Notes: generated by a model not told the origin, from the letters alone. A stretch of 64,000 nucleotides of DNA from a virus (IMGVR_UViG_3300016263_001265:20617-84616), one strand, 5' to 3'; counted from the stretch's first letter, positions 25,263 to 36,419 are shown. A program made the numbers and translations.

Positions 25263-28200
25263 TTATATCCTTCCGACGCCAGATGACCTGAGAAGTGATC
25301 GCTGCGCCCTCGAGACTTCTTCGGCAAGCTTCCTTATGTCCTGATCGTTTCTGACCGTTGGATTGTTGATTATAACACTTGCGTTGACCGAACCGCCAGA
25401 ACCGCCAGCAGCGCCTATGCCGTGTATGGGGCGTATTCTCCTCGGGAACACCCTGGCGACGCCGCCAGGAACCACTTGCAACGTTTCCCTTCCGGCTTCC
25501 CCGACAGTAAACATCCCTGGGCCCATGATTGTACCGCCGCTTGCAAAATTTGCTATAGGATCATCTTTGCCAAGAATTTTGGTCAAAGACTTCAGGCTCA
25601 AAAGTCCAGCGGCAAATCTTTGCTCAATTGACTGCGCGTTTGCTCCTGTTTTTGTAGAATCAACGTATATTTGCCTCATCGGCGCACCAAACGCAAACCT
25701 GCCCAATGCGTTTGACATAATGCGACCAAACGTCATTGCAAAGGATATGCCCTTTTGTATTGGTCCGGCCGCCGCCTTGTCTTGAAGGGCTTTCCAGAGC
25801 CCCATGAATCTCAGCCTTACTGCATGAAGCGCAAGCTTCTGCGTGCTCTCCGTCATTGAGGCGGTTTCCTGGGCAACCTGGTTTGTTATGGTCATCCCGT
25901 GCCCCTGCCAGTTGTCGTATGGCCTTCCGCCAAGAGAGTCTGGTGAATTATTGGAGAAACCGGTTGTATCTGTTTCCACGTCGCCCGTGTCTCTCGGGTC
26001 GTTGAGTGACTTTATTGCACGCTTCAGTCTCTTTATCTGGGCTATGAATTTATCGACAACCTTCTTTAGCTTATCAATGATTGGGTCCCATGTTCCAACA
26101 AAATTATCACCAAATTCTGCCGCGTCTTGAACAAGATTTGCGTCCAGGTCTCCAACAATGGCAAACGACTCGCTGTAGAGCGCTTGTATCTTTGCAATTG
26201 CCTCATCGCCAGTAATTTTTCCGGCCTCAAGCTGAGCAAGTATGTCTTCCATTCCCTCTTGGAACTTAAGTCTGACAGATTCAAATTTTTGCTCAAGGTC
26301 TGTGACGGCGTTTTTGTACGGAGTCGATGTCAACGCCTCGTCGAGGGCAATCTTCTTCCTTTCTAGGGCCGCCTCCCTCACGGCCGCGGTCTTTGCCTCT
26401 TCTGCTTCACGCATTCTTGCCGCCGCCTCTAGCGGGTCGACGCTTGCGTCGTACTGAGCAAGCCTTGCCAGCTCAACGTTCCTTGTTGCCTCTCTGATCC
26501 TCTTTTCAATTTCAAGAAGCCTGTTCTTTTTCTCTTGTGCTTCAATTTCATCTCGCAAAGCTTTTACGTTTGTCGTAACTCCGTCGTACACAACTTCGAA
26601 CGTCGAGTCAAGCGTGTCCCTCGCTTTTTCAAGGTCTTTTTGAAGTCTTTCGTCAAAAAGCATCATGATTCTGTTTGATAGCCTTCCAGAAAGCTTTTGT
26701 ATTGTTGACCTAAGCTTGTCTACTGCAGCTTGAAGCTTGCTAACCTTTTTCTGAGCCGCCTCCGCAGCAGCACCGGCGTTGTATAGGTTGTACGGAAGGT
26801 TGTCAAGCTTGATTCCAAATTCTTTTGCAAGCACAGAAACAAACTCTTGCAGCTGCTCTAGGCTTGTAAACTTTGGCGCCTGCGCAAGCCTTATAGCGAG
26901 TTCTGCCATAGCCGCCTTGCCAGCATTTGAGTATGCAGTCCAGTCCCCAGCACCCTTTGCAACCGCCTGATTTTGCCTTGTCATTTCGTCGGTAATAAGA
27001 TTCAAGACCTTAAGCGTGTCTGCAAATTCTTTCTTTCCTATTGGAAGTCTTGCGGATACTGATTGGAGCATTTCAGATGTGCTTGGCAGTGTGTTTCCAG
27101 TGCCCTTCATGGCGCCAACAATTTCGTCAATTCTTATGTCATAGTTTTGAAGAAGGCCGTTAATCTCCTCAACGGTAAGCTTCGTGTCGGCAAATGCGTC
27201 CCTGAGAGCTATGGCCCTTTGGACCTCTGGACTGTCTACGATTCCGCCCTCTGCCTGCTGGGCCGCAACGTCTGGCATTCCAAGTGAGTCTGCAACACTT
27301 GTTCCGATGCCAGCTGTAACATTTGACGCAAGCACTGAGCCAAGGATCGGAAGAAGAAGTGCGCCGACACCGCCGGTAAGCCCTATCATTCCTGCGATTC
27401 CAGCGCCGATGGCGGCACCGCCAAGTGTTCCAAGAAGGTCAAACCCGCTTTCAACCGCCACCCTTCCGGTGTCCTCTCCAGACGATATTCTCCCGGCCGC
27501 GCTTGCAAGGGTGAGTCCGCTTGCAACAAGACCGCTTGTTCCTATCTTCTTCAACGCCCCAGCGCCAAAGTTAAGTGCTGTCTTTCCTCCAGTGATTGCC
27601 AATGTCCCAAGTCCCTTAATTCCAGTAAGCCCTGCGGACTTGCCCTTTGTAAGCGCGGCAAGAGCAAGGGCCGGAAGCCCAAGGCTTGTAATTTTTCCGA
27701 GCAACGAAGAGCCAGCTGTAACGGCGCCTGCCTTTGCTGCCTGCGCAAATGTTTTTACAGAGCTTGCAAACGCCGACACAGCAGTCTGGAATCTGCCAAA
27801 TGTGCTTACCGGGCCAAGCGCGCTTGTCTGTATTGGGGACCTGACAGTAAATCTATTTGCGGCAAAGTCAAGAGCGCTAGTAAATGGCCTTGCAACGGCC
27901 TGCCTTATTCTTTGCCCAATTGGCGCCATCGCCCCCTGCTCGCCCCAGTTGCCAACACCTGGGAATACTTTAGACATCGTTGCGCTTCTTGCCGAGAGAA
28001 TTCCTCTGTATGCTGAGTCAAATGCTCCGATAGATAATGTTATAACTTTGTTAAAAGCCGCAGTAAAACCAGAAGTAAATTTGCCGGAAATAAGATTTTT
28101 TATCTTTGGGATTGTATCCTGAACAACCCATGGCCACGTAAACAATTTGTACATCGCCTTGATGTATACGTCGATGGCCTTGTCTACGATTCTTAAACCT

Positions 28201-31200
28201 GATGCCTTAAGTCTTGACCCCATGTCAGCAACTGATGCACTCATTCTCTTAATTGCCGACGGTATATTTTCAATATTTTCTGCAAGATAAATAAGTGGCT
28301 TGTGCAGCCTGACCATGGCTTCGGCATACCTTTCCGCAGCCATAATCATCCTTTCAATCATGGTCAACTTTGCTATGCCCCTGATCGGACTTTGATCTGG
28401 AAGTCTAAGACCAAGGCTTTCTGCTGCGGCTGGGAGCAGTCCGGCTATCTTGGGTCCCGGAAGGAGTTTTTGGGCATTGATTGCCCCGGCTCCAAGCTGA
28501 AGATTCCCAGGGCCGAGAAGAAGCTGACGTGTCTGAGGAACTATGCTCGACAGCCCGCCAAACCTGAACCTCTTGTAATAGTCTCCAATTCTGCCCATTG
28601 GGCCGCCTACAAGGGCCATAATCGCCTCTCTCAGGCTCATTACCCTTCTCTGGAGTATTTCATCGGCCGTTGCAGAGAAATTTCCGGCATTAAGGCCAGC
28701 CCTTAAGGCAACCGACCTTCCAACCGTTGTTCCGCCACGGGCGCTCCTTGCTGTATATCCAAGAACGTCTCTTGCCCCAGCAAGCCCCCTGTTTTGAATG
28801 GCCTGGGCCAAAACAGACCTGAATGCGCCAGATGCCCTTGCGGCTCCGCCGGACGGCAGCGCACCCCTTGCCTCCATTGCCGCAAATCTTCTTGCAGAGA
28901 GCATCCCTGCCTCTGCGCTGCTTGGACCAATTCCAGCAAGCCTGGCGACAGCTCCTCCGCGCATATAGATACTGTTGTAAAGATTTCTTAGCGCATTATC
29001 CAGGCCGCCCATGATCCCAAGTTTTCCAGGAACAACCTGACCAGACCTTGGATCTATTGCAGACTGTGTTCCAAGAATCATTTGGTTTATTGGTACAACC
29101 ATCTTTTTTAGGAGAACGTAAGAAGTTGCAAGTCCAAGGGATTCGCTCAATCCTGGCATTGAGGTAAATGCCCTCATAATTAGCTCTACAACGTGAAGCA
29201 TCTTTTCTAGCAGCGGGGTGGCAACTTTTAGGAATGTGAGGAATGTTGCACCAAACGCCCCAGAGGCAATAGTGGCAATTCTTTGAAGAAGCGGTCCAAT
29301 CGTCGACTTCATCGTGTTGACCGCCATAATCATGCTGCCAAACATGCTTGTCATTTCATTTGTTTTTGACTCTCCAAGCATTGTGTTGATTGCTGAAATT
29401 CCAACAACTATTCCAGAAATCATTAGAAGCATTGGGTTTAGCCCGGCAGCCATTGAGAGAGCTTTTACGGCAATGATTACGCCAACAATTGACTGGGCTA
29501 GATCTGTTCTCATTATGTCGGCAAGTATTGCAATGCCGTCGCCAAACCTTTCGATGGCGCTCATTCCCTCTCCGCCGTCGTTCAGCGAGCTGAAAAGACC
29601 ATTGAAGGCATTGAAAACTCCATTGGCTGAGTTTGTGGCAATCGAGGTAAGGTCATTGAGTGTTTTGGTTGCCGGTGGAATTAACTTTGCAAATCCATCG
29701 GCAAACTGAGTAACAAGTCTTTGTGCGTATGTTGATTGAAAGAAAAGACCAAGGTCAATAACCGCATCTCTAGTTGCCTCGAATATTGGCCTTGTCACCC
29801 TGGCAACAAAGTATTGGCTTACGTCTGCAAGCGTCGAGAGACCGCCCTCAAATGTCTTTGAGAGCTTCTTCATTCCTCCGCCATAGTTCTGCGAAAGGCC
29901 GTCAATAATTGCGTCAGCCGCGCCCCTTCCGATTTTTCCGCCAGAAGTCAGGTCTCGAATGGCCTCAATCGGGTCTTCTGATATCCTTGTGAATATCGCC
30001 GCAATCTCTGAGCTACTTGATTTTGCAAGCCTTACCTGATTTCTTGTTGCCTTGTCTGTTACTTTTGTCGTTGCCGTGACCAGCGCAGCCTGCCCCTCAA
30101 CAGTTTGAACATACGCCTTATCTATTGTTTTCCCGTTGTATTCAAGAGTAATGTCTCCAGTTTTAACAAAGTCTTGCAAAAGTGCCCTGGAAAGGATTTC
30201 GTATCCAGCAATACCGGCATTTGCAAGCTGCATCATGTCGTTTTGGTATACTCGACCGGCTGATCGCATCTGACCAAGCGCGTATGTGATTCTTCTGATC
30301 TTGTCGTCTTCGCCACCGAGGGCCGCGACGGCGTCTCCTATTGATTGCAAGTTTGGAAGAATTTCTTTTGTCTCAAATCCAAACGCGCGCATTTTTCTTG
30401 CGGCTTCGACAAGTTCAGGGAACCTAAACGGAGTGATGTTGGCGAATCTTTGAATAGATTCAACCATGTACGTTGCTTCCTGAGTTGCCTTGCCGACATC
30501 AACAGTTTCGCCCTGCTTTTTCATTTCATTTTCAAAGAGGGTCTGGAACGCAACTGTTGAAGTTTCAAGTGTTGCATTGAACTTTATGATTCCGTCTTTG
30601 AAGTGCGCAAGAACTGCGCCAAGCGCCTGGGAAATTTCTCTTGTTATCTCTTGAGAGAAACCGAACTGAATTTGCTGCTTAAGATTGCCAAGTATCCCCA
30701 TTGTGTCGTTTGCAAACTTGGTAACACCATCAGTTCCGATTTGCGGTCCCGGTATGACCATGCCGCCAAATCCACCCATACCAAAACCACCGGCACCGCG
30801 AAGCGGGCCGCCAACCCCTCCTCCGCCACCGCCGCCAAACCCACCAGTTCTGACCGCGTATCCCGGGGGCCTCTGAGATCCGCCCCTGTCAAATGTAACG
30901 GCTCGCTGCGCTGCCGCAGACCTGATTGGAGCAGTTGTGGCCCTGAACGCCGACCTTGCCTCTCGCAAAATTTCGGTTTGTATTGATGCAAGCTGTCTTG
31001 GGAACATCTGTGCCATTCTTGTGATTGCGGCGGCCCTGGCTCTTCCCTGCATCTGCAAAGCCATTTGTGGACCGAGAGAGAGATTCCCCTCTGCATCAGA
31101 CGCATATCCAGTCGCTGGCCTTCCAGCCCGTACCGCCCTCTGGGCTCGTGAGATTGCCCTTGATTCAAGCCCTTTGAAAATCTCTGATTGAATCCTGTCC

Positions 31201-34200
31201 AGCTCTGAGCCAATTGTGGTTCTTTGTCCTCCCCGAACAATACCTGGAAGAATTTTCCCAAGAATTGCCCCAGACTTTATCTGATCTACACTGGCAGAAA
31301 GGGCCTTTTTCCTTGCCGCGTCGTAATCTGCTGCAGCCTTTTGATACTGAGCTTGCTCTGAGTCGACAAATCTGAATGGTCGGCCAGTCTTTGTTGCAGC
31401 GTTATAAAGCCTTGCCCCGATAGATCTGCCTGCGCCACCCTGCATTTTTCCGGCAATGCCGCCCTTGATGCCTGATGCGGTATCAAGTATTTCTTGTACT
31501 TTCTGGAGCGCAATAACAATCTTTTGAAGATTCCCAATGTTTGGAGATCTGATTTTTCCAATTTGATCCAACATGGTCCCAACCGGGCCAAGGTCGATAT
31601 TCGGTATTCTCCCACCAACGGCATGGCCAGCAACCGACTCAACGGCCCCAACGGCAGCCTCTGTAACGGTTTTTGCCGCACCTTTCGATGCAAATGCTGG
31701 AGTGACAATCTTTCTTGGTGCTCTTGTCGGAAGAATTCCAGCGGCTCGGTTTGGAAGCGGGCTTTGATCACCAAAATCAATTCTTCTTTCGAGTGGTATT
31801 TTCCCGGTTGCGTATCTTGCCGCAGCATTTGCTTGCCAATCTGCTCTTGCTTTTATTTGACTTCGTACGTTTGCCCGGAAGGCCTTCCTCTGGGCTGCGG
31901 CCGCCTTGGCGGCCTCAAACTGGCCCCTAAGGCTCGACATGTTTTCTGGAGAAAGATCAATTCCGGCTCTTTTCCCAATCTCACGAAGAGTTTCTTCGCT
32001 TCCGAATTTCTTTAAGAATCCTTTTCTTAAGACTTTTTCGCTTGGCGGCTTTGCCCTTCTCATTTGGGATGCAAGCCATTCGGCAGCCGTCATTCCGCTC
32101 TTGCCAGACCTGATGGTCTCGCTCTTCATGACATCGTCTATTGCTGACTTAATCGCCTCTTTTTGCTTCGGCGTTAGGCTTGGCCCTCCGGCCTGCTTCC
32201 CTCCGTGAATTGCCTTATACAAATCGAAGGCGCCAGTCTGAGCAAGCGGAACTCCGGTTGATGGGTCAAATCGCATCCCACTTGCGCGAACAGCATTTAC
32301 CATTGAAAGCATGGCTTTTCCTGCGTCGCCAAGTTTTGCCGCAGCTGCAGTTGCCTCTACATCAATTCCCTGCTTTTTCCCGCGGACTTTTGGTTGCATG
32401 ACAAGCTGATCTGCAGAAGAGATCAGTCCCTGCTTGACAAGGTATTTTTCTAGGCCGCTAATTCCCGTCGGCGGCTTGCCCTGGCCCGGGGCGGCAAACC
32501 TGTCCCCCTTTGCGCCAACAACAAACGGCCTTCCCTTTTCGTCGACGGGAACTCCTTGCTCGTTTACACCGGCGGCAGTACTGAGCTTCCCGGATGCCCT
32601 TGTCGCCCTGGATGACTTTTCTTTTGCCGAAGCGGCTTTTGCCTCTTGCCTTGCAAGCTTTGCCTGATCCCTCAGCCTTCCCATTTCTTCTGCGACCTGC
32701 TCTTTTGTGAGCGGTCTTTCTACCAGCTTTGAGGTTGCGCTTTCTGGCGTTGCCTTAAGCTGGCGAACACCTTCTTTTGTCAGGTCGTCAAACCAGGACT
32801 GAATGAGCTTTTTTGAGTAGCTTTCGTTGGGGAATATGTTTTTGAAAATGTCTTGAAGGGTTCCTTCTCCCTTAAGCCCAATAGACCTGAAGTCAAGACT
32901 TCCTCCTTTTCCAATGCCAAGACTTGCAAGAAGAGAGTCGATTCTTCTTGGGTCTACAGCTTCCCTGTCAATTCTTGAGCCGAGTTGCTGCCTTAGGAAC
33001 CCAAAAAGCTCCATCCTGGCAGCGCGACCGACGGCGTCCTCTCCGCTAACGGCAAACAAGCGCTTCAATATCTTTTCTGGATTCATTTTTGCCGCAGCTT
33101 CTGCTTGAATAAGATCTTCTTGAATTTGCTGATTCGTTTTTCCCTGGGCCCTCATCACGCTTTGCATTGTTCCGTTTGTAGAAGATGGGCTAAGGCCCAT
33201 CTCCCTTAGCTGATCGTACGTTATGATTCCCTTAGCGCTAAACACCCGATTGGCAACGCCCTCAAAACGTTCCATCTTGCCCAGGTACTTTAGGTCAATT
33301 GACGTGTAAAGTAGCTTGCCGCTTGCATCTTTATACGGCACTTTTCCACCGCCGATAACCTTCATTACCTCCTTATATCTTTGAGTTATTCCAAGAAGTT
33401 CTTCAACGGCAAGTCTTCCCTCCGGGGTAATTCTTCCAAGACTGTCAAAAAGCTTTCCTGAAAGATGCAAATTTGCAATTTCTGCGTTTTTTGACGCTAT
33501 GTGATTAGCAATACCGGCTCGAATGTTTGACATTGTGGTGTCGTCGGAAAACACCGAGCTCCTGAATATCGGCATATGTCTGCCCTGGAGGGGAAGATCC
33601 GATTTATCCCTAACTTCTGCTTGTATTTGCGCAAACTTTAGAATTGCAGCTTCAGTTTCAGATAGCGCTCCGGCATATCCTGTTGTCTTTCTTGCCCCAT
33701 ACGATGTCGCAAGCTCTTGAAGTATTTTTCTAGACGAAGAGATTTCTGGATCAAGAGCTTTTACAGTGTCTTTTACTTTTTGCCTGTACTCTTCTTGCCT
33801 CTCTTGCGGACTCTTTCCCCTAAAAATTTCACTGGGGCGCAAAATAATCTTTGCTTTTCCCATGCCAAGCTTTGGCAGCCTGGCGGCAAGTCCCTTTCCG
33901 CCCTTCTTGTCTACAAGTCCAGGGACAAGCCTCCTAATGGACGGCGGCATTCCACGCAAATGTTGATACATTTCAACAAGCGCATATTCGCTGTCAAGAG
34001 CGGCGACATACGCCCTCTCGTCATCTTTTCTTCCCTTGCGGGTTGTGCCCTGCAAATCTTTCCCAAGTCTGATTGCAAGCTTTTTTCTTTCTTCCGTTAT
34101 TGCACTAATTGTGCTAACGATAAAGGCTTTTGTTAGTCCGCCCTTAGGGATTCTTGAGCCATATTTTGTTTGCGATATTTCATCATGCATAGCCTCCAGC

Positions 34201-35687
34201 AAATTTTTTAGTTGTGATTCTAGTTCTTTTGTCTTTTCAATCTTGGCCGACCTTACCGCCCTTCTTTCGCCTCGCCTTGCTTCGGCCATTTTTTCTTGGC
34301 CTAGTTTTATTTCTGCTTGGGTTTCTATTGTTTCTCTTGAGCGATGAAGCTCCTTAAGGATTTTGACAACATCCCTTGCCTGTGACGATCCAGAGATCGC
34401 CATCTCTGCAGCCCGGAAATACCTTTTAAGTTGCTCTGCGGCTTTTGGATCAACAAGTATTTGATCGCCGCTAATAACTCTTTTTATTTGTATAGCTGAT
34501 GCATTTACAAAAACCCATGATTTCGCTTTTGCATCCCAACGGTAAAGCTCCGGTCCGTCTTTTGTAGTATCGACAAAGTACCCCTTGTTTCCTGTTGGCG
34601 GAGGGGCTTTAGAAACATCACCAGATTGATACTTTCCGTCTTTTACCGCTTTTAGTGCAAGCTTGAGTCTTGTTTCCTGATCTTGCATTGCGCCAGGGTT
34701 TTTTGACGCATATGCAAGAAACGCCTGGACTATCTTGTCTGATGATGAGCCGGTCAAGGAAACTTTTTCTCCGGCAAGTTTTCCAGTAGCAAGAATTTCT
34801 GCTATTTTTTGAAAATCTGATGCCGTGCTTTTTATTACATTTCTATCCGCTACGTTTCCGCTAAAGGTTATCTGGCCTGTTTTTGGATTTATCTTCAAAG
34901 AACCTTTTGTTCCAGGGTAAACAATTGAAGCCATCAATACTGAAATAGCTAGCTCTGGGTCTTTTTCAAATATGTTTCCTATCTGGGCCGCAAGCCCAGT
35001 TCTTTTTCCTCCAGAACCAAATCCAAGAACGCTAAAGGCTTTTCCAAGCTCGGTGACCCCTCTTCCTTCCGAATACTCAGAAAGAATTCCCTCCACTATT
35101 GCGTCTAGTGGACCGCCGAAACCCCTAATGCGAACCGCAGCCGGAACCTTTTTACCATCAAGTTCGTAAACTTTTTGAGACTCTTTTGACTGCCAAAATT
35201 CCCTGTCAAGCTTTGCAAATGGTCCCTGACGCATTGCTCTCGCGGCCGCAGAAACAAATCTTCTTTGAAGCCTTGCCTTGGCTCTATCTGCAACAGATAC
35301 TTTTGCTCTTGTTCTTGCTCCTTGAACTCGAGATGCCTCTGCGGAAACTCGAAAAGCTGATGTAACCCCTGCATTCTTAATGCTTTCAAAAAGCTTTGGG
35401 TCTTTTGATCTTATTTTTGTAAGAACTTCTAATACTTTCTTTCGCCCGGATGGCGTGTTTGGAATATCTTTTGGCACACCATAGCTATCTAGAGGAACAC
35501 CAACTGATTTAAGAAATTTAGTTATTCTCGGCCAGTCTGGCTCGGTATCAAATCCCTCGGCAAATTGAAAATCAACCGAACCAGCCCTTGTTACGCTTCC
35601 GGGAACAAGCTTATTCCAGACAAGGCCTTGAATGATATCTAGCGAATCATCTGTATCTAGAATAAAATCGTCTTTTTCTTTTGCCAT
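25263..35687 (-). CDS. tail tape measure protein (3474 aa)
   Basis: Tape-measure core (FANITPFRFPELVEAARKMRAFG...RITYALGQMRSAGRV) near aa 1700; hydrophobic segments; C-terminal FASGG...VGEAGRE; follows the chaperone genes. Confidence 0.92.
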   Translation of the reverse strand: MAKEKDDFILDTDDSLDIIQGLVWNKLVPGSVTRAGSVDFQFAEGFDTEPDWPRITKFLKSVGVPLDSYGVPKDIPNTPSGRKKVLEVLTKIRSKDPKLFESIKNAGVTSAFRVSAEASRVQGARTRAKVSVADRAKARLQRRFVSAAARAMRQGPFAKLDREFWQSKESQKVYELDGKKVPAAVRIRGFGGPLDAIVEGILSEYSEGRGVTELGKAFSVLGFGSGGKRTGLAAQIGNIFEKDPELAISVLMASIVYPGTKGSLKINPKTGQITFSGNVADRNVIKSTASDFQKIAEILATGKLAGEKVSLTGSSSDKIVQAFLAYASKNPGAMQDQETRLKLALKAVKDGKYQSGDVSKAPPPTGNKGYFVDTTKDGPELYRWDAKAKSWVFVNASAIQIKRVISGDQILVDPKAAEQLKRYFRAAEMAISGSSQARDVVKILKELHRSRETIETQAEIKLGQEKMAEARRGERRAVRSAKIEKTKELESQLKNLLEAMHDEISQTKYGSRIPKGGLTKAFIVSTISAITEERKKLAIRLGKDLQGTTRKGRKDDERAYVAALDSEYALVEMYQHLRGMPPSIRRLVPGLVDKKGGKGLAARLPKLGMGKAKIILRPSEIFRGKSPQERQEEYRQKVKDTVKALDPEISSSRKILQELATSYGARKTTGYAGALSETEAAILKFAQIQAEVRDKSDLPLQGRHMPIFRSSVFSDDTTMSNIRAGIANHIASKNAEIANLHLSGKLFDSLGRITPEGRLAVEELLGITQRYKEVMKVIGGGKVPYKDASGKLLYTSIDLKYLGKMERFEGVANRVFSAKGIITYDQLREMGLSPSSTNGTMQSVMRAQGKTNQQIQEDLIQAEAAAKMNPEKILKRLFAVSGEDAVGRAARMELFGFLRQQLGSRIDREAVDPRRIDSLLASLGIGKGGSLDFRSIGLKGEGTLQDIFKNIFPNESYSKKLIQSWFDDLTKEGVRQLKATPESATSKLVERPLTKEQVAEEMGRLRDQAKLARQEAKAASAKEKSSRATRASGKLSTAAGVNEQGVPVDEKGRPFVVGAKGDRFAAPGQGKPPTGISGLEKYLVKQGLISSADQLVMQPKVRGKKQGIDVEATAAAAKLGDAGKAMLSMVNAVRASGMRFDPSTGVPLAQTGAFDLYKAIHGGKQAGGPSLTPKQKEAIKSAIDDVMKSETIRSGKSGMTAAEWLASQMRRAKPPSEKVLRKGFLKKFGSEETLREIGKRAGIDLSPENMSSLRGQFEAAKAAAAQRKAFRANVRSQIKARADWQANAAARYATGKIPLERRIDFGDQSPLPNRAAGILPTRAPRKIVTPAFASKGAAKTVTEAAVGAVESVAGHAVGGRIPNIDLGPVGTMLDQIGKIRSPNIGNLQKIVIALQKVQEILDTASGIKGGIAGKMQGGAGRSIGARLYNAATKTGRPFRFVDSEQAQYQKAAADYDAARKKALSASVDQIKSGAILGKILPGIVRGGQRTTIGSELDRIQSEIFKGLESRAISRAQRAVRAGRPATGYASDAEGNLSLGPQMALQMQGRARAAAITRMAQMFPRQLASIQTEILREARSAFRATTAPIRSAAAQRAVTFDRGGSQRPPGYAVRTGGFGGGGGGGVGGPLRGAGGFGMGGFGGMVIPGPQIGTDGVTKFANDTMGILGNLKQQIQFGFSQEITREISQALGAVLAHFKDGIIKFNATLETSTVAFQTLFENEMKKQGETVDVGKATQEATYMVESIQRFANITPFRFPELVEAARKMRAFGFETKEILPNLQSIGDAVAALGGEDDKIRRITYALGQMRSAGRVYQNDMMQLANAGIAGYEILSRALLQDFVKTGDITLEYNGKTIDKAYVQTVEGQAALVTATTKVTDKATRNQVRLAKSSSSEIAAIFTRISEDPIEAIRDLTSGGKIGRGAADAIIDGLSQNYGGGMKKLSKTFEGGLSTLADVSQYFVARVTRPIFEATRDAVIDLGLFFQSTYAQRLVTQFADGFAKLIPPATKTLNDLTSIATNSANGVFNAFNGLFSSLNDGGEGMSAIERFGDGIAILADIMRTDLAQSIVGVIIAVKALSMAAGLNPMLLMISGIVVGISAINTMLGESKTNEMTSMFGSMIMAVNTMKSTIGPLLQRIATIASGAFGATFLTFLKVATPLLEKMLHVVELIMRAFTSMPGLSESLGLATSYVLLKKMVVPINQMILGTQSAIDPRSGQVVPGKLGIMGGLDNALRNLYNSIYMRGGAVARLAGIGPSSAEAGMLSARRFAAMEARGALPSGGAARASGAFRSVLAQAIQNRGLAGARDVLGYTARSARGGTTVGRSVALRAGLNAGNFSATADEILQRRVMSLREAIMALVGGPMGRIGDYYKRFRFGGLSSIVPQTRQLLLGPGNLQLGAGAINAQKLLPGPKIAGLLPAAAESLGLRLPDQSPIRGIAKLTMIERMIMAAERYAEAMVRLHKPLIYLAENIENIPSAIKRMSASVADMGSRLKASGLRIVDKAIDVYIKAMYKLFTWPWVVQDTIPKIKNLISGKFTSGFTAAFNKVITLSIGAFDSAYRGILSARSATMSKVFPGVGNWGEQGAMAPIGQRIRQAVARPFTSALDFAANRFTVRSPIQTSALGPVSTFGRFQTAVSAFASSVKTFAQAAKAGAVTAGSSLLGKITSLGLPALALAALTKGKSAGLTGIKGLGTLAITGGKTALNFGAGALKKIGTSGLVASGLTLASAAGRISSGEDTGRVAVESGFDLLGTLGGAAIGAGIAGMIGLTGGVGALLLPILGSVLASNVTAGIGTSVADSLGMPDVAAQQAEGGIVDSPEVQRAIALRDAFADTKLTVEEINGLLQNYDIRIDEIVGAMKGTGNTLPSTSEMLQSVSARLPIGKKEFADTLKVLNLITDEMTRQNQAVAKGAGDWTAYSNAGKAAMAELAIRLAQAPKFTSLEQLQEFVSVLAKEFGIKLDNLPYNLYNAGAAAEAAQKKVSKLQAAVDKLRSTIQKLSGRLSNRIMMLFDERLQKDLEKARDTLDSTFEVVYDGVTTNVKALRDEIEAQEKKNRLLEIEKRIREATRNVELARLAQYDASVDPLEAAARMREAEEAKTAAVREAALERKKIALDEALTSTPYKNAVTDLEQKFESVRLKFQEGMEDILAQLEAGKITGDEAIAKIQALYSESFAIVGDLDANLVQDAAEFGDNFVGTWDPIIDKLKKVVDKFIAQIKRLKRAIKSLNDPRDTGDVETDTTGFSNNSPDSLGGRPYDNWQGHGMTITNQVAQETASMTESTQKLALHAVRLRFMGLWKALQDKAAAGPIQKGISFAMTFGRIMSNALGRFAFGAPMRQIYVDSTKTGANAQSIEQRFAAGLLSLKSLTKILGKDDPIANFASGGTIMGPGMFTVGEAGRETLQVVPGGVARVFPRRIRPIHGIGAAGGSGGSVNASVIINNPTVRNDQDIRKLAEEVSRAQRSLLRSSGVGRI

Positions 35688-36304
35688 TTATCTTGCCTGT
35701 TTTTCTGCGCGCTTCCTCAGCGCCTCGATTCTTTCATTAACCAGCTGTTGCTTTGCTTCCGGTGAGCCAAATTGCATAACAAGTGCCTCAATGGAAGACT
35801 GCTTATCCGGCGCGTCAAGCATCTTTTTGCCACTGCCGGTTTTAGATACGGCGGAAGACGCTTTCATCTTCTTGTCGCGGCTTTCCATGTACCTGCCAAA
35901 AGATGCAATTTGGGGAAGGGTCATACGCATAAAATCGTCTGGTGTGTATCCAAACGCATCTGCGTACGACCCCATAATGACCCCCCAATCGATGTCTGAC
36001 CAGCTTACGCCGGATTTGCTGCTTTTCCCACCTGCTCGCCCTCCTCAGGCTCTTCCGGCAGGAGTCCGCTGTCTCTAAGAACCTTGGTTACCGTCTCCTG
36101 CATCGTTCTGATGTCGAAGCGATCACCAACTTCTCTTTCGGTGATTTCCGGTTCATTTCTCTTGATTGCAAGCCAAAGCACATATCTAAGGACGTTGAAC
36201 TTATTGAAGTCAATCTTGTCAATCGCCCCGTATTTGTCCTCAAGATCCGCCAGGTCATTGAGGTTTAGTGCCTTCTTCGGGCTGATTTCTACCAGGTTTG
36301 CCAT
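35688..36304 (-). CDS. tail assembly chaperone, -1 frameshifted long form (G-T type)
   Basis: -1 shift at G GGA AAA reads KSSKSGVSWSDIDWGVIMGSYADAFGY without a stop, joining the 35688-35975 ORF. Confidence 0.85.
36005..36304 (-). CDS. tail assembly chaperone, short form (G type)
   Basis: 99-aa ORF between the tail tube and tape measure genes, ending ...VGKAANPA. Confidence 0.85.
   Translation of the reverse strand: MANLVEISPKKALNLNDLADLEDKYGAIDKIDFNKFNVLRYVLWLAIKRNEPEITEREVGDRFDIRTMQETVTKVLRDSGLLPEEPEEGEQVGKAANPA
36023..36029 (-). other. programmed -1 ribosomal frameshift slippery heptamer GGGAAAA
   Basis: X XXY YYZ pattern in the correct frame, five codons before the stop of the short chaperone. 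Confidence 0.85.
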
Positions 36305-36383
36305 ATCTCCCTATCTCCTATACTTCCAATCACGGCAAGTCGCCGCGTGGATATCATAGCGCAACCAGCGCTAGATAATTTAT

Positions 36384-36419
36384 AAAACAGAAAACCCCCG
36401 AGAACAAGTCTCGGGGGTT
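36384..36419 (-). terminator. Rho-independent terminator after the tail tube gene
   Basis: AACCCCCGAGA-CTTGT-TCTCGGGGGTT followed by TTCTGTTTT on the minus strand. Confidence 0.85.
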
